The notes under the pieces are model-generated. The model was not told where the DNA came from and did no database searches. It saw only the letters and a list, made by a program, of their open reading frames with translations. Below, piece after piece: positions 49,796 to 63,667 of a stretch of 64,000 nt of DNA. Positions within the stretch are counted from its first letter, which is position 1; every line of letters begins with the position of its first letter. This DNA is from Sphyrna mokarran (taxonomy: Eukaryota). The translations under genes were made by a program, and so were the position numbers. Where the stretch lies: contig JAGIQG010000009.1 in NCBI GenBank assembly GCA_024679065.1, positions 22,692,001 to 22,756,000 on the forward strand, in the 5' to 3' direction.

Positions 49796-50480
49796 ATAGT
49801 TTTTATTTCCCTAATAGGCCAGTGTATTTCCTACACAATTCAAACAGTGCATTGGTATCAGATGCCTCCGCCCAGTCTTGTGTGAATCACCTGTTTACTT
49901 GCCTTCCTGGACAAGACACTCAGCATTGTGACTCCCATCACTAGATGGCATCAATACCCTTTTTCCAAATTCTGTTTCAGCTCAATTGCCTGTTGTAGAT
50001 TTGGCTTTGAAGCAACTGGAATATTTGCTCCTGTGAATCCCTCGAATGTTTCGTGATTGACAAGTGGAATGTGTGCTGAACTCTGAGGAACTGTGTTTCA
50101 TTAAACAGGGAGAACCCATTCTCTCAGAACTGGGACGACGTCTTCTCCGACAAACCTAGAATTTGTGGATAATTATCAATTTTCTGTATTTCTGTGTGAC
50201 AATTACACATACATACTTCAGCTGAATAAGTGAACTTTTAGTGAATTATACAGTCTTACTCATTATGAAGTGTCAAAGGAGCCTTTTATTGCAAAGGAAA
50301 AATGATCTCCTGGTTTCCATTTGTGCTGCCTAAGTCACCTTGAAGTGATTTGCAGCATAGTAGCATGTATTTGTCATTTTAATTCAAGTCTATTCAATAC
50401 CAGTGACTAAAGTACAGCTATTTATTCACAAAAGGATCAAAATATATACCCCTTAATTTCTATACTCTTCCATTCCTTAG

Positions 50481-50555
50481 GGCTGTTACTTCTGTGTGAA
50501 ACAATATGCCCTCGAGTGTTCCCGGATTCCAATGGGACAGTCTGTGAATTCGCAG
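50481..50555 (+). CDS. SZT2: SZT2 exon ([25 protein letters not shown])
   Basis: ttccttag acceptor, cag|gtaact donor, 75 nt. Confidence 0.94.
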
Positions 50556-52544
50556 GTAACTTCAAATCTGTTATAGAAAGATCATGTTTCTACATTAATC
50601 ATACCTAATATTAAAGACAGATTATTCATTTTAATTTACCTAAAATGACAAAACTTTTCAAAAAAAAATCCAGGCTACACAACATATCTCTGAATAGGTG
50701 ACTGCTTTTCCTTTCTAAATTTTCTGTGAGAAAATGTAAATGCTGCAGTTTCTTAATTGCTTGTTTTGAAACCAACAACGTAACAAGACGTGCTTAATTC
50801 AGCAATTGCTGTTGAAAGGAAACAAATGGAAGTGGGCAGTCTGGTGGGGTGGGAATACTATCATTAGAAATGAAACAGCAAGTTGTAACAAAACTGTTGG
50901 AGTAGGAAGGTAGCATTCAACTCATTGAGCTTGCTCACTCCTTCATCTCTGGCACCGTTGTTAAAACTAATATTCAGCCTGCTTGAGAGAAAAAAAAAGA
51001 TTGCTGTAAGCAATTGAGAGAAATTTAAAAGCAGTTATGGAGTTTCACTTGGCCATACAGAGGTGAGGCTACCATGAGACCAAACATGACAATGCCAAGG
51101 GATTGAATTAAATTGTAATTAATAAATTATGTACAAGTGAGTAGTCATTAGTTTTGTTCTCCCTTCATTCCCACATTAGTGACAAAACATAGCAACTTAT
51201 TGCTTCTGATATCTACTTGGTCAAACAAGTTTTACAGGAGACCAGGTTCTACCATGGTCCTTTGACACCTTTGCATGCTTTAAAACTAAAGTTGTTGGCT
51301 CTGAATATTTGCCACCTGGTGTCAGTAGCTCTCTTCATACCGTGATGTATCTCGTTGAATCTCAACAGATTACTTAATCACATCTCACCACATGTTGAGA
51401 ATATGTTGTGTAGATTCAATTTTTCTGATGGCTCTGAATGATTGACTTTTTAAAATCTGTATTGTGGTATGAAATCTGCTTAAAAGGACACTTGCATGTT
51501 TTCATTTTGATTTTTTAGAAATGGCATGAGTGATCTTTCCGTTTATTTGTGAATAATTTGTAATCTCTTCTCAGTCTTTATGTTCAGTTATTCAAGACAT
51601 TTGGTTAAGGCATTGCCAGCTAATGAGTTAGATTATGCACAGCACTGTCCTTTGATGATCAAATTTGGGTCATCAGTAAACTCTGAAAGAATAAAACTGA
51701 ATGTGCAGAATTACCTGTCAATCCCTAAGATGTCAAAATGAAGTAAGACAAATCTGGTCCTTGATCTCTGTCAAGCAATCATGCTTGTAGGGGGATTGTC
51801 ATAATGGGTTACTGTACTCTTAAGCTGTAATAGACTTGAAAACCAAGTTTCCTTTGACCAGTGGGAAGTTAGTAGGATAACCGTCACCTCCTCTGTATAA
51901 TTGTCCCTGTGTACGAATGAGAAATAGTGGAGAGGCCCACACAATCTCCCAATTTAGCAGCTTGGCTCTCTCACTAAAACCTTAACAATCCCTTTTGTTC
52001 TTAAAGCTGTCTTAATATGTGTCACTTAGCCCATTCCTTAAACATTTGAAGTGTTTGAAAACACATGGAACCTTTGTGCAACTGAACTTAGTCCCTGCTC
52101 AGGATGACCATGACATATTGCTCACCTTGTAAGCCATTAGCACAGAAAGTGAATAACAAAGAATTCTGATGACAATGCCATATGGCATTCTAGCACAAAC
52201 CGGTTGAGCTTGTCTTTCTTGACAGATTGTAAAGATCTTATCTAGTTTGCTGATTCTCAAAGAATGCGGTTAACAAAACTACTTGAAGTTTTAACTTGTA
52301 AATTGCTAATTGGTTTGTAACGAGATATACGTAATGGGGAAAAACATTCTGGAGAAGTCATCAAAATGCCTTCCAACATTAGCTGAGGATCTGTGACCAG
52401 CTTTGACTTTTAATGGATATAGTGGACAGAATTCCATCGTGCTGTGCAGCTACAGGAATAAGCTGCAATGTAATGGATGCCGTTTAATTAGGAGGGGAGC
52501 GATGGTGTGGCGGTCTCGGCACCTTCCCGCCAACCCTCATTACA

Positions 52545-53290
52545 TAAAAACTAAAAGCAGGAGTCAAGCCATTCGGCCCTTCGAGCCTGCTCCGCCATTC
52601 ATTTTGATCGTGGCTGATCGTCAAATTCAATATTCTGATTTCATCCCCTCCCCATCCCACCTTCCATCCATATCCCTTGAAACCTTTAACCCTGGGAGCT
52701 ATATCTAATTTCTTCTTGAAATCACATCATGTTTTGGCCTTAACTACATTCTGTAGTTCACCAGCCTCTGGATGAAGAATATTTTTCCTCATATCAGTTC
52801 TAAAAGGTTTATCTTTTTCCTCAAACTATGATCCTTAATTCTGGACTCTCCAACCATTGGGAACATTCTCTTTGAATCTACTCTGTTTAATCCTGTTAGA
52901 ATTTTAGAAGTTCCTATGAGATCCCCTCTCAGTCTTGTAAACTCCAGTGAATATAATCCTAATTGACTTCATTTCACCTCATGAGAGACCTGCCTCCCTA
53001 GAATCAGCTAGGTAAACCTTCGCTGTACTCCCTCCATAGCGTGGACTTCATTCTTCAGATAAGAACACCAAAACTGCACTCAATCTCCAGGTGTGGCCTC
53101 ATCAACATCCTATATAATTGCAGCAAAACATCCCTTTCTCTATCCCTATCTCTATACTCAAGTCGTTTCGCTATGAAAGGCCAACATACCATTTGCCGCC
53201 TTTACTGCCTGCTTATTTTCAGTGACTGATGCGCGAGGACACCAAGGTCTTGTTGACAATCCACCTCCCTCAAATTACAATTAATTCAAG
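52545..53290 (-). mobile_element. CR1 3' fragment inserted in a GC-rich MITE-like element (52424-53457)
   Basis: CR1 tail cggcccttcgagcctgctccgccattc; host ends gaattcc / gaatttc. Confidence 0.75.
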
Positions 53291-53967
53291 GATAGGGAAT
53301 GTCGAGTTCAACCAATGCCATGGTCAGGACCCTCTTACTTGGACAGCCTGAGCCCCTCAGAGTTTTATCAGCAGCAGGCCACTGAAAGCCCCATCCGTGT
53401 CCTCCGTTGGCTACTGCCCCCACGAGCGTCTACGTGGTGATTACTCCAGAATTTCACCAAAAGTATTTTTGAATAGTTTGCACAATATATCCAGTTAAAC
53501 TGGTCTTGAGCGGTTTTTGAAGGGCCAATTTTCAGCTGATGTCCTCATGAGTTTCAGAAATGTTGCATTGGCACTTATTTGGGCAATGGAGGATGTGGTA
53601 AGCATCGTAGATTAAAACCGTCTCCAATGTAAATATGGCCTTTCACGTACAGAAATAGATCAGCTGAGGAGGCTATTTTTTATAAAATAAATATACTGTT
53701 GCTTCTACACTTTTTAAAGTAGCTACTGTTGCTGCTTCTCCTGGTCTTTGGAAAGAAATGTGATTTGGTAAGGAACAGTGCTGTGTTGATTTAAAATCTG
53801 GGTGAATAACAGATGGTGACCCTTCAATTAATGGACTACGCTTATGATGTTTTCTTATTTAATTCTTGCTTGTGGCAATGCCTCACTTAAATGTATTGTA
53901 CCTAAAATAGAAACTGCATGTGTGTCTGTTGAGTGCCATATCCATCTCAATTCCTGTCTCCCATTAG

Positions 53968-54033
53968 GGCTCTCTAGTGTCCAAAGTTCGCATCAAGTGC
54001 CTTGCCGATGTGAGTTCGGTCTCAGAGTCAGCG
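53968..54033 (+). CDS. Candidate SZT2 cassette exon, 42 nt (ends 54009) or 66 nt (ends 54033): GSLVSKVRIKCLAD(VSSVSESA)
   Basis: cctgtctcccattag acceptor; two in-frame donors gat|gtgagt and gcg|gtatgt; phase 0-0; CpG-retaining. Confidence 0.5.
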
Positions 54034-54549
54034 GTATGTCCCAAGCTCCAGAGGCCTTACTCTCGTACACTTTCTCTCCTTCCTTAATGCACATTGACTC
54101 TCTTCTTGCTAATTTTGTTCATTTTCTGTTTCTTTCCCCCTCACTCTCTGCTTCTGAATATTAATCATTCTAAAGGAATGGTGCAAGTGTTGCTTAGATT
54201 TTGCTCTTCTTCAATTCATAGACATTCATTCTGTATGCATTGTTCAGCTATTAATTGCATCAATATTTCAGTATTATTTGATTAAGTATGGCAAGAATTG
54301 GAGGGATCTATGCTCATTATTTCCTCCCTCTTTTATCTCTGTATTCCTACTCTTTCAGCCTGCAGGCATTAAATTAAAATTGCCGCCCTCTCATGCAAAG
54401 AGAGAAACAATTACCCTTTGAGAAATGGCACTCACACTGCTGTTCAATTGGGTGATATTTCTCTTCAATCCCTCCTATTTTGTACTAATGGCCATGTCAT
54501 AGTGCCTTGAGCAGTTTTCTGACTAAAGTCTTTATACACAAGGAAAAAC

Positions 54550-55080
54550 AGCAACTTGCATATATGGAACACTTCTAATATCGAAAAGCATCTCGCAATG
54601 CTTCGCAGATTCATAGGTGTTGGAGGGTGAGAGAATGTGGGTCTTAATGAGATCGTTAAAGGAGAACGAGAAGATGGAAGAATTTAGTGAGGGAATTCTT
54701 AGATCGTTGAAGGCATAGCCTCCAGTAATGGGACAAATAGAGTCAGTGAAATGAAGCGACCAAGCAGTGAGGGTGTAGGGCTATTAAAGGTTAAAGACAC
54801 AAGGGTGAGGGGAGACCCTGATGAGATTTAAACACAACGATCAGGATTTTAAGTTTGCTACGTTGGAGAACTGGGGACTAATATAAGTCAGGAGAGTCAA
54901 GGTTCGTAGGTGAGGCGGACGTGCTGTGCAATAGGGTAGGGAAAGAATTTTATATAAATAGCTGTACAGGGAGATCATTGGAATTGTAAAGACCGGAAGT
55001 GATAAAGCACAACTGAACATTTCAGTAACAGATGGACTAGGTTCATGATGGAGGCAGGCCGCCTTAACAGAAATTGGAAC
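54550..55080 (-). mobile_element. L2-type LINE 3' fragment
   Basis: caacttgcatata...gcatctcgcaatgcttcgcag reverse tail; purine-rich body. Confidence 0.55.
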
Positions 55081-55744
55081 TGACTTATGTCTAGGGTTGA
55101 TACCAAGAAGTCATGTGGATGAGGAAAAGGGTAGGGACAAATACAGATATGTAGGGGATGGGAAGAAAGGCCATTGCTTATGCTCCATCTAGAAAAAATA
55201 GTTAAGACTCAAACGGGGTGAGAATGATGTGGAAAGTTGACAACAGTTGAAAAATAGAAAGGCGGCATAAGTAACAGTGGCTTATTTGATTATATCTTGG
55301 AAGTTGGGTTGAGGTTTCAAAGATGGTACCACACAAGGAATAACCAAAGTGGGAAAGAGTAAACTTTTTCTTAGTGATGTTCATAATTATTCCTAATTTA
55401 GTCAATTACACAAAATTTAACTCCCAGCAAAGATGATAATTAATGCAAAATTTATCATAAGATTTTTACAACTGGATTGTTTTGCAGAGAGGTCACTGAC
55501 TCATTGCCTCTTATTCAGAGAAGCCACTATTTGCCCACTGACATTCGCTTCTCTAATAAGTGGTCTGAAGGGATGAGCATTTCTGCTGCATTCTAACTGC
55601 AGTTTCTTGGCCCTGTACAGATGATTTGAAACACAAAGTAATTTCTAGGACAAAAGCAATTTGTACTTCATAAGTTCAAGATAGCTATGTTATTTCAAAT
55701 AGCTTGACTGCAACAGCTCAGAGAAGATAGTGATACACAACTAG

Positions 55745-56558
55745 AGTTGTGGAGTTGGCAAATGGAGTTTAATGTGGAAAAGTGTGAGGTAATGCACTAT
55801 GGCAGAAATAATAATATGTGTTGAGTATAGGGCAAATGGTAGGATTCTTAGTAGTCTAGATGAACAGAGGGATCTTGGTGTGCATGTGCATAGATCCCTG
55901 AAAGTAGGCAGTCAGGTCGAGAAGGTTGTTAAGAAGGCATATGGAGTCTTGGCTTTTATTGGTAGAGGGATTGAATTTCGGAGCCGCAACGTCATGTTGC
56001 AACTGTACAAAACTCTAGTGCGGCCGCACTTGGAGTATTGTGTGCAGTTCTGGTCCCCACATTATAAGAAAGATGTGGAGGCATTGGAGAGGGTACAGAG
56101 GAGGTTTACCAGGATGTTGCCTGGTATGGAGGACAGGTCTTATGAAGAGAGGCTGAGGGATTTGAGGTTGTTTTCGTTAGAAAGGAGGCAGCTAAGAGGG
56201 GACCTAATCGAAACATATAAGATGATTAGAGGTATAGATAGGGTGGACAGTGATAGCCTTTTTCCTAGGATGGAAAAAGCTAGCATGAGGGGACACAGCT
56301 TTAAATTAAGGGATGATAGTTATAGGACGGATATCAGAGGTAGGTTCTTTACCCAAAGGGTGGTTCGGGAGTAGAATGCCCTGCCTGCAGCAGTTGTAGA
56401 TGCGCCAAGTTTGGTGGCGTTTAAGAGGTTAGTTGATAAGTATATGGAAGAGGAGGGAATGGTTTAGTTTGGAGGGGCATTGCTTTTTATATTGGTCGGT
56501 GCAACATCGAAGGCCGAAGGGCCTGTTCTGTGCTGTAATGTTCTATGTCCTATGTTCT
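55745..56558 (+). mobile_element. CR1 LINE 3' fragment
   Basis: EQRDLGVHVH...[13 protein letters not shown]; (gttctat)n tail. Confidence 0.92.
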
Positions 56559-56784
56559 AACTGCACAGTGCACAAAGAAGCCAAGGAAGAATATACTATT
56601 CCACTTGCTCTCTCTCAATTCTATAAAAACCTGGCATTGTTGCTGTTAAAATTTATAAGGCTGCTCCTATAAGCACCTCCATTATATTGTGCCAAATACC
56701 CTGTACAGTAATCAAAACTGCACTCAATAGGGTTACTCAATAATACATTCCAATTCAACCTTTCAAACCTTAGAATAAACCTGT

Positions 56785-57095
56785 TCATAGAATCCCTACA
56801 GTGCAGAAGGAGATCATTCAGCCCATCGAGTCTGCACTGACAACAATCCCTCCTCACCCTGTCCCCATAATCTTATGTATTTAACTTGCTAATCCCCCGA
56901 CACTAAGGGGTAATTTAGCATGGCCAATCAACCTAACCAAACATCTTTGGACTGTGGGAGGAAACTAGAGCACGCGGAGGAAAACCCACAAGGACACGGT
57001 GATTGTGCGTACTCCATAGACAGTGACCTGAAGCAGTAACGAGCCTGGGTTGCTGGAGCTGTGAGGCAGCAGTGCTAACTCCTGTATTGCCCCAA
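56785..57095 (-). mobile_element. HE1-like V-SINE (tail A)
   Basis: catagaatccctacagtgcagaagg...gtgaggcagcagtgctaac. Confidence 0.8.
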
Positions 57096-60000
57096 TTTAC
57101 ACACGAATACAGATGCCTGAAACAAAACAGAGTAACAGCCATCTTTGAGACTTGTTGATCCTTGGGTGTGGCAAGTTCTCATAAATGATCCCCATATTGA
57201 ATGTGGAGACAGCAATTCTATTTTAATGTTGAGTGTCCATTGTCAATAGTTAACCCAATAAAAACAATTTGGAGAAACGCTGACAGTGCAACCAGATGGA
57301 CATCTGTGGAAATGTTGGTACAGCTGAATGGTGCTTTTATGAGAGATACATCACTTTAAGGAATGCTTCTGTGGGCATTCAGGTACTGTGGATGCTCGTT
57401 GGGAATTTGGGCTTTTGTGTTCAATATTGTTGCTTTTATGAGCCTTTCTTATGTCAGCTGACTTCCAGTTATGGTGAGTAGATTGTACAATTGTTCATAC
57501 CATTCATAATTGATGTATCTATTCCAATGCCTTACCTATACTAGGGAGTTTAATTCTCAATTGTTGGATCTCTGCTCTAAAAGAATTCTGATCTTTAAAA
57601 ACATTGTTCTGATTTCCTCTTGACTCAGATAAACCCTAATCCAAATTTTTGCTCCTGGGAGTGATGGGCAGAGATAGGAGAATTCCTGGGACCAAGAATG
57701 TGACTTTCAAAAATGGCTACCTAGAAGTCAGATTTTTGATCCATGAGGGACAAACTAGAACAGGAGTCGAGGCAAGTGACATGGGAAGAAATGATGAGGT
57801 TGCCAGGTGCAGAGGTGAGCTGGATGGAAGGCCTGCCTCAGGGGTCTGGCACTGTCTAAAAATGAAGACTAAATCATAAAATGTCCCTCCAGCCTTCACT
57901 CACCATAACCAAGAAGTGAAATAGAGCAACAGAGCAGTAGCATGTCAACGTCTGCCCTGTTCCCACCTCCTTGGTTCCTCATACCCTCCATACCAAGCTA
58001 TATCTATTCCCATTGCCCTTTATAACCCCTTTGGCAACTTAGTGCCAACTCATGCCCTCCACTCTTTGCCCTTACACCTGCCATACTAACTCACCTAGTA
58101 TCCACCATGGACAGACTTTGGGTCCCATGCAGAAACAAGATAAAATAAAATTTAAAGTATCTATTGTTGACGTTGCAATGTTGAAAAACATTCATTTGTA
58201 AAACTCATTTGTCATATTTACATTTCTTCAACTAAGTAAAACCTTATTTCATTCAAGTGCACAATATCTCACAATAACAAGCATTGAAATTCATAGTCCC
58301 ACATTAAAGAATCTATTATCATTGGTAGCTGTCAATCAATTTGTGAAATGCAAGTCTGTGATATTGAACGACTGTAATATCAATCAACTGATTTTGACAG
58401 GTTCATGGACAATCTCAATGAACTTGATAGTAATGTGTTTATGCAGTTTTTATCTGCATTTATTCCTACTTTTAAGACCTGACATACCCCAAAGGTCACT
58501 TGACACCCCAAAGGGTATCTCACCTCCTGTAAAGGTGTTCCAGGACCAGCTGTAAAGGGTTGCCTTACCTCTCCCATTCTTAGACTATTAAGGCAACTGC
58601 AAAATTCGAACTGCTTTTATCTGGTCCTGTCTGCAACTTCAGATTTCACACTGCTGGCCTGCCAAAATCCAACTTTGATGGAAGCCTCCATAAATTGGGC
58701 ATTTGTGAAAAGCATGAAAATGGGAAGTACTATATTTGGGGAAGGGGCTTCCAAATTTTGGGCAATTTTCTCCATGAGAAAGAACCTTCCAATGTGGCAG
58801 AAGTCTGGACCCTGTCTATTTGATGAAACAACAGGCTAAATGAGGCAATGATTTTTGATTTAAGGGGTGACATTTTCAAACCTCAGATTTATTTTGCAAG
58901 TTAGGAAGTTCTGAGAACTAAAGTATTAACATTTTAAGCAAGCTGCATTTCATTGATGTGGGCTTGCTGGACTATAGGACAGACTTGTTGAGAACTCATT
59001 ATTCCACGGATCTGATTATTGTTGGAAATAGTATCTAGCAACAATGAATGGATGTGACGGGATCCAAATAAATACAAAGTGAGCTGCTTCAGCCTGGTCT
59101 GATCTGGCTCAGCTGTTTTGTAGTATCTCATTTTCTTTCTCCTCTTGTCATTACCTCCAACCTTTATCCCAGAATATTCTCAGTCAAGGTTTTACTTGTC
59201 CACAGTCAGCGCAGTTCTAAGCTGGTTTTTCTTTCCCCCTCTTTCACTGCAGTGAAACAAGCAAAGTTATTTTATTTTCACTTCCATTTTCTGTTCACCC
59301 AAGGCAAATGAATCTCAATGGATATCCCTAAATTAGGCACATAATCTCGTGTTACCCAGGCACTTCTGGCCATATCTTACTATTATGTTGAAATAGCGAC
59401 CACTAAGAATGTCCCATCAACTGTAGGTTAAAAACATTTTGACCCAGAAGTCTTCAAATCAAATGATGGGTGTGGTTATTAGTGAGTTTAGGTTGAGCCT
59501 AAACACATAAAAATATGTTTAATATTCTGCAGATATATAAATTGAAAACCAAATCTGTTCTGACTGAGAAAGAAGTGATTTGGTTGAGAGAACAGGCACT
59601 ATCTGGTGTTTTAAGTCACTCTTAGGATCAATGAAACTAGATTTGGAGAAGTTTTTTTGCTTAGATTCTGAAGCCTGACTTCTGGATTTGATTATTTGCA
59701 GCTGGATTAGTGCTAAATATAGTGTCCTATTCCTACATAAAAGCTGTTAGCTTTGTGAATGGCTTCCAGCTGGTACAGAAAATCCCAGTTTAAATGTTCA
59801 GGCCAGATGAGAAACAAAAATAGCCTTCTACTCTGATCTAGTTAACTTTTATTTAAGGCAGCCTAATAAGTAAAAGGCAGTCTTAATGTTAAAGACTGGT
59901 CGAGAATCCAGTCATTTCTACTTCTTGCACAAATAGTTTAGTCTTGAATGGGAAAGGAGAAATTTATACAACTTCAGATTGGATTAATAAAACTACTAAA

Positions 60001-60713
60001 ATTCCTCTGTGCGCGCGTGTCTCTGTGTGCGCAGTAAGTGCAAATTTCAGCTTTATAGAGGGAGATAAGATTTCCTAATAGCTTCAAGGTTGTATATTCT
60101 TGGCTTTTCTCTTCTGCCTTTTCCAAATATTTCATATTTTTCAATTCTGTTTTTCCATCACTTGATTTGAATTGGAGTAGTACTCAGAGTATGTTAGAAA
60201 CTCGTGAAATATCAGGAAAACTGAATAGTTATCAGAATCAAAAATAGAGCAGTGGCGAACGTGTCATCAGTGGAGCTGGCTGACTAGTTATGCCCCTAAA
60301 GACAAGTAGTTACTTGCCTTTGGTCACAGTTGTCATTCTGAATGATAACATGTAAAGAACCACAATAAATGATAATGCTTCATATTCTGACAGCTGATGG
60401 ATTCCTCGTTAAAACTTGGTTCTCAATTTCCTGAATCTATTATGTCCTTAATTTTAATACCAGAATTAATAATATTCCATATTTTCTTTCATGGGATGGT
60501 GCCATGCACAGCTAATGGCAAGCCCATAGATTCAGTCCATGAAAACAGTAGAACAATAGAATTGAGGGCAGCATGAGGCATTGCTATTTTTCAATATTAT
60601 CATATTCTTAAAAAAAACCTTAAGCAAAAGGAGATTCTCTTGAACGTAGCAAGCTATAACCCGAGAGTAGGACAAATGTAATTCATAGTTATTTGTTGTC
60701 TCTGTCTTGGCAG

Positions 60714-60927
60714 CTATCAATGTTGTTCACAGAGGAGTGCGACAAGGTGCGGGACCTGATGCATGTTCACTCCTTTAGTTACGATTTCCACCTGCGCATC
60801 ATTCATCAGTATCTTGTCGGCCGTCAGATGACGCTGAGGCAAGGCTACCATTTGACTAGCTTTCTCGAGGATTTTATCTGTCACCATCCAGATATTCCAA
60901 AATACGGAAGGAACCACATCTTTGAAG
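60714..60927 (+). CDS. SZT2: SZT2 exon ([28 protein letters not shown]...GRNHIFE)
   Basis: cttggcag acceptor, g|gtatga donor, phase 0-1. Confidence 0.95.
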
Positions 60928-61304
60928 GTATGAGATTTATAACTATGAAAAGTTTTATGTTTAACGTCTCTTTGTGGAATTGATGGAGCCCAATTCACAT
61001 CTCTGCAAACAGCTTATGTTTATATTGTGCTTTTATGTTAATACAATGTGCCAAAGCACCTCCCTGGAAATACTCTGAAGCAAAATAGACCCTGAGCCAA
61101 ATAAACAATTTGGGACAAATGCCCAAAAGCATTGTCAAAGAGGTAGGTTTTAAGAAACATTGTAAAGAAAGAAAGAGATTTGGAGATCGAATTCCAGAGC
61201 TTTAGGCAGCTGAAGGAATGACCACTTGTGGTGGGGCAAGTAAAATCTATAAGGTCAAGACCTTATTAGGGTTAAACTCCATCACCTCACACTTATCACT
61301 CCAG

Positions 61305-62078
61305 TTTAACCCTGGTAAGTGTGAGGTGATTCATTTTGGTAGGACATAATTGACTGTGGATCAAATTCTGATTCTGAGGAATGTGGAAGAACAGAGAGAT
61401 CTTGGGGTTCATATCCACAGATCTCTGAAGTTGCCACTCAAGTGGGTAGAGCCATGAAGAAGGCTTATAGTGTTAATTAACAGGTTGTTTTGAGTTTAAG
61501 AGCCGTGGGGGTATGCTGCAATTATATTGGACCTTGGTGAGACCACATTTGGAATATTGTGTTCAGTTCTGGTTACCTCACTATAAGAAAGATGTGGAAG
61601 CACTTGAGTGAGTGCAGAGGAGATTTACCAGGATGTTGCCTGGTTTGGAGGGTAGATTTTATGAGGAAAGGTCGAGGGAGCTGGGCTTTTCTCTTTAGAG
61701 CGGAGGAGGATGAGAGGCAACTTAATAGAAATTTACAAGACGATGAGGGGAATAGATAAAGTGGCCGTGCAGAAACTATTTTCTCAGATGGATATTAGCT
61801 GTTACTAGGGGCATAACTATAAAGGTCATGGTTGGAGATATAGGAGGGATGTCCGAGGTAGGTTTTTCACTGAGTGTGGTTGTGTTGTGAAATACGCTGC
61901 CTGCTGTGATAATGGAGTCGGACACTTTAGGAACTTTCAAGCGGTTATTGGATAGGCACATGGAGCACACCAGAATGATAGGGAGTGGGATAGCTTGATC
62001 TCGGGATTGAACATAGCTGGGCACAACATTGAGGGCCAAAGGGCCTGTACTGTGATGTACTGTTCTGTGTTTCTATGT
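61305..62078 (+). mobile_element. CR1 LINE 3' fragment nested in an L2-type fragment (61000-62190, - strand)
   Basis: Degenerate CR1 C-terminal coding; gggcctgtactgtg...ttctatg tail. Confidence 0.85.
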
Positions 62079-63018
62079 AAGAACCAAATCAGATGAGATG
62101 AGCAGGTATTTCAGAAGGTTGTGTGTCTGGAGAAGATGACAGAGCTTGGGAGGGGTGAAGCATGAAGATATTTGAAAAGAATGGTCGCATAATCAATATT
62201 CACTAAACCAAATCTCAATCATTTTCTTTTGGTTGAATCTACCAACTACAGAGTTTCGTACTTCACTCCAATGTAATATTTTTTTGCACTCAAAATATAG
62301 TAATGCCAGTTATAGACTGGGTAGATTGATAAGATGTGCAATTATCCTATGGATGAGGAAGTGTCACAGTGCACACAAGTTATTGTTAATATTTCATTCA
62401 TGGGATGAGGGTGAGAAAATAAATTCATGTTCATTATAACTTCATATTCTTTTGACTGCTGTTTCATACACCAACCATCGTTGAATATGATTTATGATTT
62501 TTCAGCTTTCTGCAATTCCAGTCTCATGTACCACGAAGTGGTAATGTGCTGATTAACTTACAATGTGCTGCCTTTAGATATGCTACATTGAGAGAAAGAA
62601 AGTTGACTCAAGCTCTCTCGCATTGCATCTAGCTTCTTGTTCATGTAGAATTGTTCAACTTGTTCAAAGTTGTATTATGTAAGGTGATCTATGTAAAAGA
62701 AAAGCGGAAGAAAGAAATTTTTTAAATGAAAAGTTAGGTGCAGTGCCACATTGTGGATAGTTCAGTTGGTATTCCTGAGCTGGGGATGGAAAAGATGAGC
62801 AACGTTGCTGTTGCTTTTTACTTCTCAGTGACCTTCAATGCAAAATGCTGAGATTTGTTAAGCTCAGAATTGACTTCAGCAATGAGGTCCGTGTTCCAAG
62901 TGGCCGGATAATAATCAGGCTGAAAAATACAGCAGTTGTAAAACATAAGCAATATACAAAACTTGCAGGTTGATGCCCATGACCATGATCAGTTTTTGAA
63001 TTCCATCTTTTCTTCTAG

Positions 63019-63202
63019 GGACCATAGCCCTCTCCACAAACATGACCACAGCTCACCAACTATATAACTACATCACAGACCATGCCAGCATATACGGAAT
63101 GAAACCATTGCGCATGTCGAGGACCGCACTGAGTATGGACGGCAAAAGGGGGACTCAGAACACAGAAATGCATGAGTATGCATTAGTGGCTCTTTGGAAC
63201 AG
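63019..63202 (+). CDS. SZT2: SZT2 exon (GTIALST...AHQLYNYITDHA...MKPLRM...EYALVALWN)
   Basis: tcttctag acceptor, ag|gtaagt donor, phase 1-2. Confidence 0.93.
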
Positions 63203-63667
63203 GTAAGTGCGAAGCTACATGTATATGTGACATGTTGCTGCAATGCACATCTTAATTCTATTTTGCTAACTCCAATTCCAATTGAAATCTTAACTCTTTT
63301 TATGAAGGAGCTAATTGACACATCATCAATTGTTTTGCTAGTAATCTGGCCTGCAAACTACAACATTTATACAGCACCTTTAATATAGCAAAACTCTGAA
63401 ATAAATCTTATAGGAAGATTATCAAGTGAAATTTGACATTAAACTACATGAGGTATAGAGCAGGTGAACAACAGCTTGACTGAAGTGGTAAGGATGAGGG
63501 AGAGAGAGACGGAATGGTTTAGATAGAAGATTCCAGAGACATGGGGCCCAGGCAGCTGAAAGCACACTACAGATGGTGAGGCAGTCAAAATCGGGGACCC
63601 CAGAAGAGGTCCAAATTGGAAATTTGAGATCTTGGGAACTTTGTAGGTTTGGAGAATGTTGAATCAT

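Larger units (their letters stand above)
3952..63202 (+). other. SZT2: SZT2 gene, internal portion (18 coding exons, 5' and 3' ends outside the window)
   Basis: Exon translations match remembered human SZT2 segments ([77 protein letters not shown]). All introns are GT-AG and phases are consistent across all 18 exons. Confidence 0.95.

Noticed and set aside
57458-57473. 16-nt microexon (cag|...|gtgagt)
   Set aside because: Not frame-preserving and no supporting motifs; expected by chance.
60007-60040. GC/GT hairpin followed by gtaagt
   Set aside because: Dinucleotide low complexity explains the pairing; no matching acceptor.
60550-60680. H/ACA snoRNA-like hairpin ending in ACA
   Set aside because: Weak pairing, no convincing first hairpin or H box.
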